Source of the DNA: Catajapyx aquilonaris
Taxonomy: Eukaryota
DNA length: 36,469 nt
Assembly (NCBI GenBank): GCA_000934665.2
Contig: KZ539014.1
Coordinates: 1 to 36,469, forward strand
Reading direction: 5' to 3'
Positions 33,536 to 36,469 of this stretch are shown here, one piece after another. Positions within the stretch are counted from its first letter, which is position 1, and every line of letters starts with the position of its first letter. The position numbers and the translations under genes are program-made. The notes below the pieces were generated by a model. The model saw only the letters and a list, made by a program, of their open reading frames with translations, had not been told where the DNA came from and did no database searches.

Positions 33536-36469
33536 GTACTCTGATGTCACGCACAAGATACACCAGCAGATAATACCAATTAGAATCAAAATGGCGCTTT
33601 CTGGAATCCCAACTGACATCACAACTGGCGTACGTGATATCCTTCCCGTCCAATCCATTTCATCCCTCGAATTTCCCCCCAACACAAAAGCCGCGATATA
33701 AACCCAGCCATATGGAACCTTTCACCCCTAATCTCATGCAAGTGTGAACTTCTCTTGCTCAGAAACCACTCGAGTATTCCGCAGATTTTTTCCCACTCCA
33801 ACAATGTCAATCAGCTAAGCGCCCTGATTCAGGCCACTTGAAACTAGAAGGAATCAGCTGATCAATTCTGAGAATTTCGTCTGACGTCAAGAAAATGATG
33901 ACGGATAATGAGAAGACTCTTAATCATTTGGAAGTCCTCAACATCCCCCCCCCCTACAGAGAGTAATGAAACCAAAGCAATTTGAGTTGGTCCCATTGCA
34001 ATATGTGGAATTATTTTTACTGTCGGAACCTTGCGCTGGCAAACGAGCTATTTACCGACACAGAGTGGAGGACTCAGTTGATTGTATGGAGGCGTAATGA
34101 GCGTGACTAATGACATCGCGGAACCCAAGGCTTTAGCTGCTTTCGTCGAGGTTGTATCTCTCCACACAAAATGAATCGGATTCTTAGAGCCATTTGAGGG
34201 GCATATAGATCAAGGGAGGACTAATCCTAAGCATTTTAACTAGAGGCACATGTTGTAGTGGTGGTAACGACCTAATTTTTTGCAGGTGCGTCAAAATGCG
34301 AAGAGCGTCATTAAGGCTTAAAATATATACGCACAGGTTAATCGATATTGCTTACCTATAACTGTACGGCGCACTATGACGTAGACAATTGGAATCTATA
34401 AAATCACTTCCATTGTTTAACCTTCTGGCTTAGTTCCTTGGCCCAGGCCTTTTGCTATAGTCATTCATATCGTCTGTTACTTCAATAGCGTGCCGGCTAG
34501 ACAGTTCTATATACTCGATTTTCTCATATTGCTGATGCAAGGTCGGATTCCTTTGGGACTGTTATTTCATAAGCAATCCCTGCGAGCTCGCGACATTCAG
34601 AAAAGGCTGGAAAATGACGGAACACGAAGGGGAATGTCCCAGATTGTGTAAAAGACATGATGGAGGGTTTATAAATTGTGCCGACTTCACCTTCAATTTC
34701 TTTTTCATCTAATATATACAGCTGTTTAAAGTTACGAAAGCAATAGCAAACTGAGCTGCTGTTGTTGTAGTTACTGACTTCAGAGAAAAACAGTCTTGTA
34801 AACTGGATTTTGAAATGCATAGCATTATAGGTACATCAATGATCCTATAATATAATTAAATCTCAGAGGAGCTATTCAACTAATATTTTGAGGCTATGTA
34901 ATTCCCTATCCGCCAGTGAATGGATTAATCTGATTTTAGCACATTTATAGTTGCGATAGAATTCAATGCCCTTTGCATGGGAAGTCTACCAGCATGATGT
35001 CGCTACTAATACTTTGTTGTATGACAGCATTAAAAGCAGAATGTCACATTTCGAGGTAAACGGCCTTGTTTGAGTTCGGCTGGCTTTCATTTACTGCGGT
35101 TACATATGGACAAAGGGAACTATAAACTCTTGCTATCGTCGACCTCCAGATAGGAAGCCTTTGACCCAAACCTACGGTGACCAACAATTCTGCTAGTGAC
35201 AGGCTTGGAACTCTGAAATGAACATGTACGTACAAGAGGACAATGTGTATATAGCTCTCAGTAAAGCCTTCTAGTAAAATTTGTTACATTGTGTGCGTGA
35301 ACCTGACATTAATTCCAACTACCCTGTAATAACAATTTGCAAATCGAATTTCACATTTGAACACTGTTGATTTTATAGTGTCTCAAGATTAGTAAGCTAT
35401 ACCTATTGCATTTCTCAGTTTTAATGGACTTTAGCTTTAGGTTCATGTTCCCTGAATCGGCTCTTTTCAAGGTAGTTTCGCAACGAGAAGCCTTAGTAGA
35501 AAAAAGGTAGATTTATAATTGACCACAGGCACGTGCCTGACCCGGGCGACTCTTATTGTTACTCGAGTGTCGCGTTATAAAAACAGGGCATTATATACAT
35601 CAGATCGTGTTCACCATCTCCGTCAGAGCATCATTACATCAATTCCTGGAGCTGTCTATTTGCCAGAGAGTCGTTGCCAGGGAACAGTTACTGTCGCTGT
35701 CTAGCAAATACTGTAGATGAAAACAGTTCTTAGAATCTGCCCGGGGTAATGGCAAGTTTGGCAGAAAAGATGACCGAGAAGTCGAAACGCAGTGGTCGAA
35801 CTGGCAGGAACCCACCTCCTTTTCGAAAATAAATTGACGTCACTGACAGGAGAAACGCGATGGCACAGCATCTGAGAACCCAGTTATTTTGTCATATAAC
35901 AAGAGTTTATATATCAACTAATAATTTTATGCGACGAATATGCGTCATATCTGCCTAATGAAATAACCAGTTAAGATTTACGAACGGGCGTACTAAGTCG
36001 GCAAGTGTAAATCAATTTGGCGGTCATGCCTGTTCTAAGAGTAATTAAATTGCTTCCTTATCCTCATCCAATTACGTAAGGAGCCACGCCAAATGCGCCA
36101 AGTTGTATAATTACCTGCCAAAAACGCCTAGAGCACTTCTGTAACCTGACTTCTGATGTGCGCCTAATAAAGTCAAGTTATATAGTGCACTTGAACACTA
36201 TAGGAAGGTTCCATGACCCAAATCGTGACCTTCTTGCTTCAAGGCATTCATTAGACCTACTGCTTGCAGATGCCTCACATATACAGTAACTATTTGTCTG
36301 TCAACCCACATCACACAACGGCAAGTCCTTTATTGCGTTTGAGAGACTTTTGTATGGCTTCATATTTTTTGTAGTAAGAGACGTTGAACCTGCTGTAGGA
36401 CACTTTTTGTATGAATTTTTTTGCGGCGGTTGTGTGAAGAAGCGAGCTCTAGTTTTATTAATAATTCTA

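Noticed and set aside
36420..36455. Helitron 3' end (CTAG-T)
   Set aside because: No proper GC-rich hairpin upstream of the CTAG.

Overview
Eukaryotic, intron-containing genomic DNA, most consistent with an arthropod (inference from gene structure, mariner relics and CpG pattern). Two convergent genes are supported. (1) ABCF1/ABC50 on + (exons 1714-7676; first coding exon not found, probably upstream of the window), with an expanded acidic/basic repeat N-terminal region and mariner relics in two introns. (2) A small RGS gene on - (common exons 12988-12855, 11224-11061, 10979-10779) that resembles the vertebrate R4/B family (RGS3/4/5/16). The most interesting observation is that this RGS has at least two phase-compatible alternative first coding exons. 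One is a 41-nt exon missed by the ORF track (13186-13146) that encodes Met-Cys-Arg, the oxygen/NO-sensitive Cys-Arg/N-degron known from RGS4/5/16. The other (14150-14020) lacks the degron. The 22 kb upstream of the RGS gene has no recognisable gene but contains more perfect CRE and CACGTG sites than expected, further candidate first exons, MITEs, microsatellites and a 51-bp near-perfect palindrome. All calls are by eye; no searches were run.
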